Below, in pieces: positions 37,760 to 47,494 of a DNA stretch of 64,000 bases. The stretch covers positions 32,001 through 96,000 of IMG/VR virus record IMGVR_UViG_3300050821_005389, one strand, 5' to 3'. The position numbers and the translations under genes were made by a program. This DNA is from a virus. Position 1 is the first letter of the stretch. Every line of letters begins with the position of its first letter. The notes beneath the pieces are model-generated. The model saw only the letters and a program-made list of their open reading frames with translations, was not told the origin of the DNA and ran no database searches.

Positions 37760-38699
37760 AAATAATCTTACTCCCTTCCGGCTCGAAGTTAAAAGGAATT
37801 CGACGCAAAGGCCACACGGCTCGTTCTATTGCCCGTTGATGTTTCATCTCGCTAAAAAACAGAAGAAAGCCAGTCTGGCCAGCGCCGAGCAACTTACCGC
37901 CTAACGCTCCTACCCGCCTAGCTTTGGCATAATAATCATCGATCGTAGAATTGGTTACACCGCCCATTTGCTTCTTAAACGTCCAGCCAGCGTCTAGTAC
38001 CTCGCCTAGCTGTCTTATGTCCGAATTACCCGTTAAAATACCCCAGAAGTCGTCGACTAGTCTCCGGAGATGCTTTAAAGGGGTCAAATTGGTGTCCTGA
38101 AGCACGCTGGAAGCCTCTCTATAACCACCGACATAGAACATCGATAAATTACTAAAAAACACCTTACGGCGCTCCGGTGAGCAGATCAATGGATTAACAA
38201 ATACCGAGCCGTCAGAATTGAACTCATATTTCTTTAAACCACCGTAGCTAGCGGCATATTGGTCTTGTTTGCCTATCTTCTTTTCTAACACATCCAGTTC
38301 AATTTTGCAAGCCTGTCGGGCTAAATGTTCCGCTGTTTGCATCCTGCCGCGATAGCCATAAAGAGCGTTCAAAAGTCCTACCGCAAAACTAGAAGAAGAA
38401 CCTAAACCGGTACCAGTTGGAACGTCGGCTACGGCAGTAATTTCAACGCCGCTGGTGACACCGGCTTCGCGCATCGTTTCTCGGAATAAATCGTTCTCGA
38501 GATTGTCGACAGTATCAACGAGCTCGGTTTGCGAGTAACTCGCTCTTATGCTCGAGTCGAATCGTTTATTAACAGCTATGTAAACGTAGCGATCAAAACT
38601 AGTACTAATTACCGCTCCTGGAACTTCTTTATAGAAAGCTGGAAGATCCGTTCCGCCGCCAACAAACGAAATTCTTAGCGGTGTTTTACTTATAATCAC
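37746..38699 (-). CDS. hddA: D-glycero-D-manno-heptose 7-phosphate kinase (GHMP family)
   Basis: KTPLRISFVGGGTD, PTGTGLGSSS, IGKQDQYAASYGG, GGKLLGAG. Confidence 0.9.
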   Translation of the reverse strand: MIISKTPLRISFVGGGTDLPAFYKEVPGAVISTSFDRYVYIAVNKRFDSSIRASYSQTELVDTVDNLENDLFRETMREAGVTSGVEITAVADVPTGTGLGSSSSFAVGLLNALYGYRGRMQTAEHLARQACKIELDVLEKKIGKQDQYAASYGGLKKYEFNSDGSVFVNPLICSPERRKVFFSNLSMFYVGGYREASSVLQDTNLTPLKHLRRLVDDFWGILTGNSDIRQLGEVLDAGWTFKKQMGGVTNSTIDDYYAKARRVGALGGKLLGAGQTGFLLFFSEMKHQRAIERAVWPLRRIPFNFEPEGSKIIYVGS

Positions 38700-39454
38700 A
38701 ACAATCCGGCTTGCCGAGCCGAAGAAACATCCAAAGATACGAAGTCGATTTCTCCTTCTCGCTTGGGTTTATAAACGACCTCTACGTTGCGTTCTCGACC
38801 GTATTGTTGCGCTATGAAACTAACCTTAGTTTCTACACCGCTACCTATGTTATACGTGCCGAACGGCCCTCCGTATTTAGCGGCCTGTACAAAGGCTTGG
38901 CAGACAGTTTCGATTCGAACGAAGTCCCGGCACTGATCACCGCCATACACAACGATAGGATCATCTTTTCGGAAATGCGTATGCGCAGCCCACTCGGCGC
39001 GATCTTCATCGTGTCCGCCATAAACATTTCCTAAACGGAGAATACAGTGATTATTAGGACAAAGACGACGGATTATTTCTTCGGCCAGAAACTTAGATTG
39101 ACCGTATGGCGAACGGCACCCAGCCCAAGAAGCCTCATTTTCCTTAGCGAAGTGTCGATCGCCATAAATGGCTCCGCCAGTTGAAGCAAATATAAACTTT
39201 CCGATCTTGTTATTCTTGATAAAAGGAATCAATTTGAAAGCATTGTTGTTTAGACAAGCGTACGGATCATTGAGTGATTGAGTCACGGAAGCCGATGCAG
39301 CTAAATGAATTATGGCATCGAATTCTTGATCTCTAATTTCACTAAAATCGCTGTAGTATGGATTTTGATAATCACAACATTGAAGATTCCAATCGTTCTT
39401 AAAATGAGGAAATAAATGCGATCCGATATAGCCCAACTGGCCGGTTATGAGCAC
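38696..39454 (-). CDS. NAD-dependent epimerase/dehydratase (SDR)
   Basis: VLITGQLGYIGS, ASTGGAIYG, YGQSK, LRLGNVYG, RDFV. GTG 39454 follows AAGGA. Confidence 0.85.
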   Translation of the reverse strand: MLITGQLGYIGSHLFPHFKNDWNLQCCDYQNPYYSDFSEIRDQEFDAIIHLAASASVTQSLNDPYACLNNNAFKLIPFIKNNKIGKFIFASTGGAIYGDRHFAKENEASWAGCRSPYGQSKFLAEEIIRRLCPNNHCILRLGNVYGGHDEDRAEWAAHTHFRKDDPIVVYGGDQCRDFVRIETVCQAFVQAAKYGGPFGTYNIGSGVETKVSFIAQQYGRERNVEVVYKPKREGEIDFVSLDVSSARQAGLL

Positions 39455-40092
39455 TCTGTTTCCTTCATTTGTTGATAGAATTTCGGCATCCAAGCGGGGT
39501 CATATGGCCTCGTTCTTAACGCGCTAGGCAAGTGGAGTGTAGCCATATTGCGATCTACAACCTCCTCCGGCTTCCAACGGTAATTAACATCCCATCTCGG
39601 TAGGATCCCTTTTTCTTTTAAAGCCAACGCGACGAAGACATCCTCGGCCCATGAAGTCACCACAGAATCCACGACTATCTGCATAGCTTTTCGACTCAAC
39701 CAATAGCCGGCACCACCGCTACAAAAGTAGCCCGTCTCCTCCCAGTTTTCGGCGCCGTAATAGTCATGGTTAGCGAAATCACTCGCTAGAAGGTTCTTTG
39801 GATTAACCAACGTGTCTGTGTCCGTCTTAAATAAAAATGAGTATTCATGATCAAGCGCCCATTTACAAAGCAACTTCACTTTGGCTGGCAGACTAGGATA
39901 GAGTTTCAATCCCCGCCGCGGATCTATGACATCTTCACCTAATTGGACTTCATCCGACTGAAGATTATCCGAATGACCTACAAAATAACGGAAGTCGATT
40001 CCTAGCGGGATATCTTTTACCCATGTTGCTCTCTGAGCGTCCTGCCAACTAGAGTGCTGCTTACAAGAGCAAATCGCCAGTAATAATTTCAA
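39445..40092 (-). CDS. Glycosyltransferase, GT31 / Fringe-like
   Basis: RATW, FLFKTDTDTLV, CSGGAGYWLS, AEDVFV motifs. Confidence 0.8.
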   Translation of the reverse strand: MKLLLAICSCKQHSSWQDAQRATWVKDIPLGIDFRYFVGHSDNLQSDEVQLGEDVIDPRRGLKLYPSLPAKVKLLCKWALDHEYSFLFKTDTDTLVNPKNLLASDFANHDYYGAENWEETGYFCSGGAGYWLSRKAMQIVVDSVVTSWAEDVFVALALKEKGILPRWDVNYRWKPEEVVDRNMATLHLPSALRTRPYDPAWMPKFYQQMKETECS

Positions 40093-40859
40093 CGCGTTTG
40101 AATCTCCGGTAGCGGTCGAGTCACTTTATAATCGGGGACAATAGCTCGAAATTGTATTTCAGCCTCTTCAGCACAACAGTCAAGAACAAAGGCTCCTATG
40201 TTGACCAACTTAGTTTCCATATCTAGGAAAAATTGAGGCGATACATCTTCTCTTTTCAGTCGTGGTGTCCACGTTAAATTCCGTGATTCAGTATTATCGT
40301 CATGACAACGAATGACCATCATCTTGCCGATCGGAGCGGCGGCTAATTGATCGGCTATCCTAGCTTCACGACCGAATACGGCGTCCTCACCGACGCAGCA
40401 ATCCGGAAACGGATGTTCTTCCCACCAAGATTTCCAATAACACTGGCTGGTTCCGGAAACATAGTAGGGAGGACCGCCTTTCTGTAAATGTAGGTTGCCA
40501 GTTTTTTCGTCAAAAATTACGGTGTCGTAGTAACCGGTAACAGCCTTGCCCGTTTTTTGAAGACGCTGAACTTGATCAAAAATTCTCGCCGGGTGTTGCC
40601 AATCATCGTCATCTCCGGCTGCGCAGATGTCACCGGTAGCAATTCTCGCACCTAAATTTCTCTTAGCTCCGGTAGTAATCTTATTATCCAAGTGAACATA
40701 GTTGATTCGAGGATCTTTCGGTATGTCCAGTCGCTCTGGTCCGTCACAAATAATTACCAGTTCGAGATCGGGCCAAGTCTGTTGGTAAAAGCAGCGGAGA
40801 ACGATAGGCATGTACTTTGCCCTCTTCGATTGGGTGGGGCATACGATCGAGACACGCAA
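40089..40859 (-). CDS. Glycosyltransferase family 2
   Basis: VSIVCPT, QQTWPDLELVIICD, GAKRN, GDDDDW, GED. Confidence 0.85.
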   Translation of the reverse strand: MRVSIVCPTQSKRAKYMPIVLRCFYQQTWPDLELVIICDGPERLDIPKDPRINYVHLDNKITTGAKRNLGARIATGDICAAGDDDDWQHPARIFDQVQRLQKTGKAVTGYYDTVIFDEKTGNLHLQKGGPPYYVSGTSQCYWKSWWEEHPFPDCCVGEDAVFGREARIADQLAAAPIGKMMVIRCHDDNTESRNLTWTPRLKREDVSPQFFLDMETKLVNIGAFVLDCCAEEAEIQFRAIVPDYKVTRPLPEIQTR

Positions 40860-41693
40860 CTATCGTTCTCCGTGTACAAATCTAGGATCAATATCCAGCG
40901 CTTCATTAATTGCTTTAATGACCCGATCAAACGGCTTGGCGTACGTTAAAGCCTTATGATAATTCTCTTCTACGGCATCCTTCTTCAACATGTAATAATC
41001 TGGACTTAACCCGTTCAGAATACTCCGTAGATCGTGACCTCGCTCTAATGGATTCTCGGCGACTTGATCGATGCACTGGAAAGGAATTATGCCTTCTTTA
41101 TTGAAAAAGTCATTAATCGTAGGACAGCCCCAGTAGATTGGGATAGTTTTGCTGGCCATGCAATCCAAAATCTTCTCGGTAAAGTATCCGGGTCGGCGAC
41201 AGTTTTCCATAATGATGCTGTACTGGAAAGGTTCAAAAATTTCTCTTTTGTCTGGAATTGCAGGCGGACTGCGATGCTTCCAGATAGCCATCTTACCAAT
41301 CGAAGGCGGAAGATGCTCGAATACGTGTTGCCGGTATCTGTGGCCGGAACAGTCCTTTTTATTACTAGTAAGATAACTCGTAGCGAATCGCTTTTTATTA
41401 ACTTCCGGGAAGTGATTCCAGACAGCGCTACAAGGAAACAATTTGGTATGACCGCACTCGCTTAATAGCTCGTTGTCCCAAGTGAGTACGAGGTCGTAGA
41501 ATTCCCAATGTTTCTTAAGCATAGCTACTGTATTAGGCATAATTTCTGGCGGTTCTACTTGCCAGAACACTTTAAACGGCGTAGTATCGGCAAAATTAAA
41601 CCGATCAATAGAAATGGACACTTTCCAATTGAATTCGGGAAAGCCTGCTGAAAAATCGCAATCACTAAACAGTACGGGGCGGAAGCCCATCAA
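40860..41693 (-). CDS. Glycosyltransferase family 10 (alpha-1,3/4-fucosyltransferase-like)
   Basis: FQYSIIMEN...GYFTEKILDC...TIPIYWG signature. Confidence 0.85.
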   Translation of the reverse strand: MMGFRPVLFSDCDFSAGFPEFNWKVSISIDRFNFADTTPFKVFWQVEPPEIMPNTVAMLKKHWEFYDLVLTWDNELLSECGHTKLFPCSAVWNHFPEVNKKRFATSYLTSNKKDCSGHRYRQHVFEHLPPSIGKMAIWKHRSPPAIPDKREIFEPFQYSIIMENCRRPGYFTEKILDCMASKTIPIYWGCPTINDFFNKEGIIPFQCIDQVAENPLERGHDLRSILNGLSPDYYMLKKDAVEENYHKALTYAKPFDRVIKAINEALDIDPRFVHGER

Positions 41694-42228
41694 TGTATCC
41701 TTGAACTGATTGTGCTCGTTTATCTTTCGTAGAAAGAATCGGCGTTTCGATACCCCAGTCGACCCCTATCTTCGGATCGTTCCACCTGATGGCGCCGTCT
41801 GCGGTCGGATTGAACTGGGCAGTACATTTATATTGAACTTCTGTATCATCACAAAGCGCCCGGAAACCTCGAGCGAATCCAGCCGGTGCCCAAACTTGGT
41901 ACATATTCCACTCGGTAGCGTACGTTTGAACCCAATCCAAGAATGTCGCCGATTGCGGTCGAATATCAACAGCTACTAGGATAGCTTCGCCTCGGGTCAC
42001 GCGCATCAACTTACCCATTGGAGGATCGAGTTGGAAATGTAAACCGCGAACGACATCCTTTAATGATCGAGAATGATTATCTTGGACAAATTCTGTAGGC
42101 AATCCCAGCTCTTCAAAATCATCTTTTCGATAAGTCGGAGTATACGATCCACGGAAATCCTTAAATACAGTTGGAACGATTAACTTAACGCCATTCAAAC
42201 ATTCGCCAACTAGACTAAACAACCCCAT
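41665..42228 (-). CDS. rfbC: dTDP-4-dehydrorhamnose 3,5-epimerase-like cupin
   Basis: FVQDNHSRS, VVRGLHFQ, VAVDIR, PAGFARGF, IRWNDP. ATG 42228 follows AAGGA. Confidence 0.9.
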   Translation of the reverse strand: MGLFSLVGECLNGVKLIVPTVFKDFRGSYTPTYRKDDFEELGLPTEFVQDNHSRSLKDVVRGLHFQLDPPMGKLMRVTRGEAILVAVDIRPQSATFLDWVQTYATEWNMYQVWAPAGFARGFRALCDDTEVQYKCTAQFNPTADGAIRWNDPKIGVDWGIETPILSTKDKRAQSVQGYIDGLPPRTV

Positions 42229-43228
42229 AGAGTCCTTTCTGCCAATTAATAGTCTTCTCAAGACCATCTTGTAAACTGGTGTACTTCAATTTGCCGAATT
42301 CTTTTTCATACCTTCGAAGATCCATCTTGACTCTTTTCGGGGCTCCGAAATCATAATGATGCTTTCTCGGTATAGTTACCTCAGCGCTTGTAATCTCACC
42401 GATCGTTTTAGCTAGTTTGGCTATAGTCGTACCGGAATTACCGCCGGCGTTATAAACGGGACGAGTACCGTGTAGAACGATGTTCCAAAGCTGGGTTACC
42501 ACGTCCGTGATATAACAATATGTTCTGATAGTCGTTCCCGCGTCTTTTAATTCAATCTGTCCGGTCGTAAGAGCTTTCTGGATGAATTCGTTTAATGCTC
42601 GAGTGTCGTTTCGTTTGGTACCGGGACCGTAGGCTAATGAAATTCTAGCTGACATGGCGTGTACACCGCGCTCGCGATGAGCGTTGACGATTGCTTCACC
42701 GCATCGTTTGCCTTCAATATAGGCTGCTCTCGTATGCAGCGGAGAAGTCGTGCCGATATCTGTCTCACTTGCGGATAGCTTCTTAAGTCCGCTATAAACT
42801 TCGCTGGAACTTGCATACAGAAATGAACCTCCTTTTCGGAGTTTTTCTAGGAGGCGCATCGTACCTAGAGTGTTGATAGCGATTGTCTCTAGAGGATTAC
42901 CAACGAACCGACTAGGCTGGGCGTATCCATGAAATGCTAAAATTACATCTGTTCGTGGAAGAAGAGAGTCGTAACGACTCAAATCGCCTTGCAGCGTATC
43001 AAATTTTCCACGTTGTACGATTTCTTTACTATACTCGCTTAACTCAGATTGATGATAAGCATAAACGACTCGCGGCTTAGATTCTTTCGGTAAATCTACC
43101 AGTGAGGCTAAAAGGTGCGTTCCAATCATTCCCGAAGCGCCCGTAATTAGAATGTGTTGGTCTTTCAATCCGGTTAAATCAACAGATTCTCGGATTTTTC
43201 TGGCGTCTTCTAAAATGATCTCATTCAT
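42215..43228 (-). CDS. NAD-dependent epimerase/dehydratase, UDP-glucuronate decarboxylase-like
   Basis: ILITGASGMIG, ASSSEVY, RAAYIEGKR, YGPG, RTYCYITD. Confidence 0.8.
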   Translation of the reverse strand: MNEIILEDARKIRESVDLTGLKDQHILITGASGMIGTHLLASLVDLPKESKPRVVYAYHQSELSEYSKEIVQRGKFDTLQGDLSRYDSLLPRTDVILAFHGYAQPSRFVGNPLETIAINTLGTMRLLEKLRKGGSFLYASSSEVYSGLKKLSASETDIGTTSPLHTRAAYIEGKRCGEAIVNAHRERGVHAMSARISLAYGPGTKRNDTRALNEFIQKALTTGQIELKDAGTTIRTYCYITDVVTQLWNIVLHGTRPVYNAGGNSGTTIAKLAKTIGEITSAEVTIPRKHHYDFGAPKRVKMDLRRYEKEFGKLKYTSLQDGLEKTINWQKGLYGVV

Positions 43229-44055
43229 ATCTTAAAGAAGTTTCGAATACTCTTTTCTATCTGAGGTGCCGTTAATTCGCAAGCTTCGTCGTGTTCTTGA
43301 ACAGTACCGTAATTGGTTTGAAATATTCTTGGTACGCCTATCGAATGAACTTTGCGGTCATAAAACTCATGTGCCAGAGTGCCAGCGTAAAACGGTTCCA
43401 CTATGACCAGATCGCCTTCGTCAACGGAAGAATTCAATCCGGACAAGTACGTTACATAGTTTATCGTAACATCCAGATTTTTGCAAGCTTCTATAGTTCT
43501 ATCAAGCATCGGACCGACTGCTACGACAGTACCTTTAGTACCTTGTTTTACGTGAAATCCGTGGTGATCTTTATTCGGATATTCCGTTAAACGATAATAC
43601 GTAGGTCGTGGGCTGGCGTAGTGGTCACGAAATATGTGATCGAACTCTTCCGGATGGCCGGGAACCATAACGTCTAGACCGGGAATCGTTTTTAAAAGGG
43701 CTACGTCACCGGGACAGTGATGCGTCGGGCCGAGTTTTGAATAGTCGTAACTGGCACCGACTGAGACAAAGTTACCACCTAGTTTCTGGTAACCAAAGTC
43801 AACTTTTATTTGCTCGAAGGCTCTTTCAACTAGGAACGGCGCGATAGTGTGAACTATCGGTATCATTCCGGCAGCAGACAGTCCGGCGGCAAGACTGACC
43901 ATACTTTGTTCAAGGATCCCAATATTATAAACACGATCAGGGAAGCGTTCGAAAGCTTCCTTGAATCCGTGAACACCGATGTCACCGAGAAGTAGAACAA
44001 CTTTATCGTCTTGTTCGAGTAATGAAAGAACGGTTTTTGTGAATTGTTTCCTCAA
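43225..44055 (-). CDS. Transketolase, C-terminal (pyrimidine-binding) subunit
   Basis: YNIGILEQSMV, FLVERAFEQIK, GPTHH. Confidence 0.9.
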   Translation of the reverse strand: MRKQFTKTVLSLLEQDDKVVLLLGDIGVHGFKEAFERFPDRVYNIGILEQSMVSLAAGLSAAGMIPIVHTIAPFLVERAFEQIKVDFGYQKLGGNFVSVGASYDYSKLGPTHHCPGDVALLKTIPGLDVMVPGHPEEFDHIFRDHYASPRPTYYRLTEYPNKDHHGFHVKQGTKGTVVAVGPMLDRTIEACKNLDVTINYVTYLSGLNSSVDEGDLVIVEPFYAGTLAHEFYDRKVHSIGVPRIFQTNYGTVQEHDEACELTAPQIEKSIRNFFKI

Positions 44056-44831
44056 ACGACACCGTTAGCGGAGTTTTCGAAATTATCTAGTTCTGCTAAA
44101 ATCTCATTTAACTCGGAACGATTCGGCGTTTTATGATGCCACTCCGGATTATCTTCCATTCGCTTACAACCTTTGCCCTTCAGTGTTTCTGCGATAATCG
44201 CAATCGGATAATCGCAATCGTACGTGAAGCAAGCTGCGGCGATTTTTGAGTGCTCGTGACCGGGGATGAATATAGTAAAATAACCAAATGTACGAAACTT
44301 ATCGGGAAGGAATCTTAAATTCAATGCTCGATCATTCGAATGATTATTATCGACTATTACAACTAAATTGGTTAATTCATGTTCATAGGCCAGCAATAAA
44401 GCTTCCCAAATAGCACCTTCGTTACATTCGCCGTCACCGATAAGACAGTAGACTCGACCGGGCTTCTTTTGGACCTTGAGTGCTAGGGCCAAACCAACCG
44501 CTTGCGGTAAACCGTGCCCGAGTGAACCGGTAGAAAATACAACGCCAGGAATCTTATTCCGATCCGGATGACCTCCAAGCGGACTGTTATATTCTGTAAA
44601 GTGATCTAGCCATTCCCGAGGGATTACTCCCTTATCAGCCAGTACAGCGTACAGTGCCAAACTAGCATGGCCCTTTGAGAGCACGAAGTAATCTTCTGGT
44701 TTCAGAACTTGATTATACAAGACGTACAAGATGTCCAATATACTAAACGCGCTGGCTAGATGACCCTCTCCGGCGCGATAGGCGGCGATGACTATGCGTT
44801 TCTTTAACTCATTCACCGTGGAATTCGGCAT
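44052..44831 (-). CDS. Transketolase, N-terminal (ThDP-binding) subunit
   Basis: FVLSKGHA, STGSLGHG, GDGECNEG...WEA...DNN, TLKGKG, WHH. Confidence 0.9.
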   Translation of the reverse strand: MPNSTVNELKKRIVIAAYRAGEGHLASAFSILDILYVLYNQVLKPEDYFVLSKGHASLALYAVLADKGVIPREWLDHFTEYNSPLGGHPDRNKIPGVVFSTGSLGHGLPQAVGLALALKVQKKPGRVYCLIGDGECNEGAIWEALLLAYEHELTNLVVIVDNNHSNDRALNLRFLPDKFRTFGYFTIFIPGHEHSKIAAACFTYDCDYPIAIIAETLKGKGCKRMEDNPEWHHKTPNRSELNEILAELDNFENSANGVV

Positions 44832-45759
44832 CTACCATAATCCTTACGAGTTGTTCAAATCTAACTTTGGGCTTCCAGCGAAGATTAATCTCTGCCTTGG
44901 TATAATCTCCCAATAAGGCGTTTACTTCAGAAGGACGATAATAGCGCGAATCTGTTACGACGTGCTTTTCCCACCTGATACCGATATACCTCGAGACGGC
45001 ATTGAGAAAATCTCGTACAGAATGCGATTCTTCGGTCGCTAAGACGTAGTCGTCCGGCTTATCTTGCTGGAGCATACGCCACATTCCGTCTACAAATTCA
45101 GGGGCAAACCCCCAGTCTCTTTTTGCGTCCAGATTTCCCAATCTTAATTCGGTCTGTTTTCCGAGATGGATATTTACCAATCCTCGCACGATCTTCCTAG
45201 TAACAAAGGTCTCGCCACGCCTCGGTGACTCGTGGTTGAATAAAATACCGCTACTAACAAACATACCCCGATTCCGAAAATTTCTGGCGCTATAGAAAGC
45301 AGCCTGCTTGGAGACTGCGTAAGGACTCTTAGGATTAAACGGCGTTTCTTCGTTTTGCGGTTCGGTATAATCTCCGCCAAATAACTCACTGGTGCCAGCT
45401 TGGTAAAATCGCACACCGGGTACCGTTTGAAAAGCAATTTCAAGAAGATTCTGAGTACCGGTTGCGTTGGTATTAAAAGTATACTCAGGAAGTTCCCAAC
45501 TTACAGCTACATGACTTTGCGCGGCTAAATGGTAAATTTCATCCGGTTGTGCTGCTTGAACAATATGCGCGAGTGATCGACTGTCCGTCATGTCACCGTG
45601 ATAAAGATGCAACTTACTAAAAATCTTATCAATGCGACCTGTGTTGAAACTAGATGATCTGCGAATAATACCGTGGACCTCGTAGTCCTTTTCAAGAAGT
45701 AATTCGCACAAGTAGCTGCCGTCTTGACCGGCACAACCAGTTACTAACGCTCGTTTCAC
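44809..45759 (-). CDS. gmd: GDP-mannose 4,6-dehydratase
   Basis: ALVTGCAGQDGSYL, LAAQSHV, TSELFG, SPYAVSK, ILFNHESPRRGETFVTRKI, LGNLDAKRDWG. Confidence 0.92.
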   Translation of the reverse strand: MKRALVTGCAGQDGSYLCELLLEKDYEVHGIIRRSSSFNTGRIDKIFSKLHLYHGDMTDSRSLAHIVQAAQPDEIYHLAAQSHVAVSWELPEYTFNTNATGTQNLLEIAFQTVPGVRFYQAGTSELFGGDYTEPQNEETPFNPKSPYAVSKQAAFYSARNFRNRGMFVSSGILFNHESPRRGETFVTRKIVRGLVNIHLGKQTELRLGNLDAKRDWGFAPEFVDGMWRMLQQDKPDDYVLATEESHSVRDFLNAVSRYIGIRWEKHVVTDSRYYRPSEVNALLGDYTKAEINLRWKPKVRFEQLVRIMVDAEFHGE

Positions 45760-46313
45760 TCAAACTCCGGAATATTAAACTGTCCTCGATGCATCAAAAC
45801 AATCCCCGTCCGATAGTCCCTGATCCATCCTGATAAATCCAAATCTTTTGGCCAAACGGGACTATCCTCGAAAGCAGTCCCCGACATATCATCAACTAGG
45901 ATTAAAGACTCTGGCCGATACTGCGTAATAACCTTTAGTTCCTCCGGCAGCGGATCGCCGTCATGCGCCGTCAACCCGCCGGAAAAGTGCGCGTCTAGCC
46001 AGAACATCAAAGGATCGACGATCAGTCGGCTCAGTACTTCTTTTAAAATGACTCGACTGCTTCCCTGATGTTGGTAAATATTCGGAAAGGACTGTAGCAT
46101 TTCTCGCGACCGTTGGTAAAACACAGGCGATAATTCTATAGTATCGATGCGGTCAAAATACGGGCTGAGTTCTAAAGCCATACCGCCCATATGAGTACCG
46201 GTTTCTACTAAATTGCGGATACCGGTTTCGCCAGCTAGCCAGATAATGAAGTCGCGTTTCCATTCTCTCAAAACCGGATCGGGCCACTTCTGGAATCCCG
46301 GAGCGCCTTTCAC
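45756..46313 (-). CDS. Class I SAM-dependent methyltransferase-like protein
   Basis: LVETGTHMG, TIELS, FWLDAH, ILVDD. Confidence 0.7.
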   Translation of the reverse strand: MKGAPGFQKWPDPVLREWKRDFIIWLAGETGIRNLVETGTHMGGMALELSPYFDRIDTIELSPVFYQRSREMLQSFPNIYQHQGSSRVILKEVLSRLIVDPLMFWLDAHFSGGLTAHDGDPLPEELKVITQYRPESLILVDDMSGTAFEDSPVWPKDLDLSGWIRDYRTGIVLMHRGQFNIPEFE

Positions 46314-47494
46314 TTCTCGTAAACCAAATTATAGCAATTTCCTTCGCCGACTTCGGCTCGACACTGCAATTCTTCGCGAATCTTTTCAAAACCGGCGTTT
46401 TTCATAAAAGCGTCTATTTCAGAAATCGTCGCGCCGTTTTTATAAGCAATGAAGTCAGTTGACTCGACCTCAACAAACTGAACCTTATCCAAAAACTCTG
46501 TGGCACCACGTAAAACATTTAATTCAGCGCCTTGGGCATCGACGATCAAAGCTTGGTAGCTTTTCATATTTAAATCTTGATCCTGAAAGAAATGATCCAG
46601 TGTTGAACCCCTGACTGTTTCAACCCGACCGGTGTATTTCACATTAGGCCAGGCTCGTGAGTGTTCAGCAAATTCCAGAACAGATGACGATGCGCCGCCG
46701 TTATCGGCGACGTTTAATTGATAAGGTTTATTCTCGTCCGATATAAGTAACTGGTAAGCTCTTTGCTTCGGATACGTCCAAATGTTCTCTTGCAGCGTCT
46801 TATAAGCTGTAGGATCTGGCTCGAACCAGATAACATCCATATCGTACTGATCGTAAATCTGCCGTTCGCTTCCTACGCCGGCGCCAACGTGAACTACACC
46901 AAATGCGTTCTGAAGGAAATCGTAATTTGGTAGCTTTTTCCAAACGCGTAATAACCCGTTCTTCAGTTCCCAGGCCCATTCAGGAAACTGGTCAACAAAA
47001 TTAGATACCGCTTCAGGCGCTGGAATATCGTTCCAATAACCTTGCATGTCGTCAATTAAGATAATACCTGTAAAACCGGATCGGAAGATAGCTTCTAGTT
47101 CTCTCGTGACTGGACATGAGCTATTCGAAGTCTTACCGCCCGAATAGTGAGCGTCTAGATAGAACAAAACAGGCTGGCGCGGTATTTTCTGGAGAAGGTT
47201 AGCCAATTCTACGCCGCTATCTCCTTCGATAATTGCTATATTGGTGTTTTTAAACTCTTCCCGGCCTTTTTCGACGTAATGCTTACTTAATTCAATTGAA
47301 TATACTTTCTCAAAGCTGTCATGAATAGCTCGAACGGTATTGCCGTCACATAACCCAGTTTCAATAAAAGTCTTTAACTGGAGACGTTTGGCGAAATCGC
47401 GAATAAGGTCGTGTTTGTATTGCTCGGTAGGAAACCAGCGGCCGCCATCTTTTTCATCTTCCCAGCGAAGATCTAATTTAACCGTATCCTTCAC
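46310..47494 (-). CDS. Two-domain methyltransferase (ETG-type domain + FkbM domain)
   Basis: N-half FIETG...SIELS...FYLDAH...ILIDD; C-half VVHVGAG...WFEP...TLD...VDAQGAEL. Confidence 0.8.
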   Translation of the reverse strand: MKDTVKLDLRWEDEKDGGRWFPTEQYKHDLIRDFAKRLQLKTFIETGLCDGNTVRAIHDSFEKVYSIELSKHYVEKGREEFKNTNIAIIEGDSGVELANLLQKIPRQPVLFYLDAHYSGGKTSNSSCPVTRELEAIFRSGFTGIILIDDMQGYWNDIPAPEAVSNFVDQFPEWAWELKNGLLRVWKKLPNYDFLQNAFGVVHVGAGVGSERQIYDQYDMDVIWFEPDPTAYKTLQENIWTYPKQRAYQLLISDENKPYQLNVADNGGASSSVLEFAEHSRAWPNVKYTGRVETVRGSTLDHFFQDQDLNMKSYQALIVDAQGAELNVLRGATEFLDKVQFVEVESTDFIAYKNGATISEIDAFMKNAGFEKIREELQCRAEVGEGNCYNLVYEK

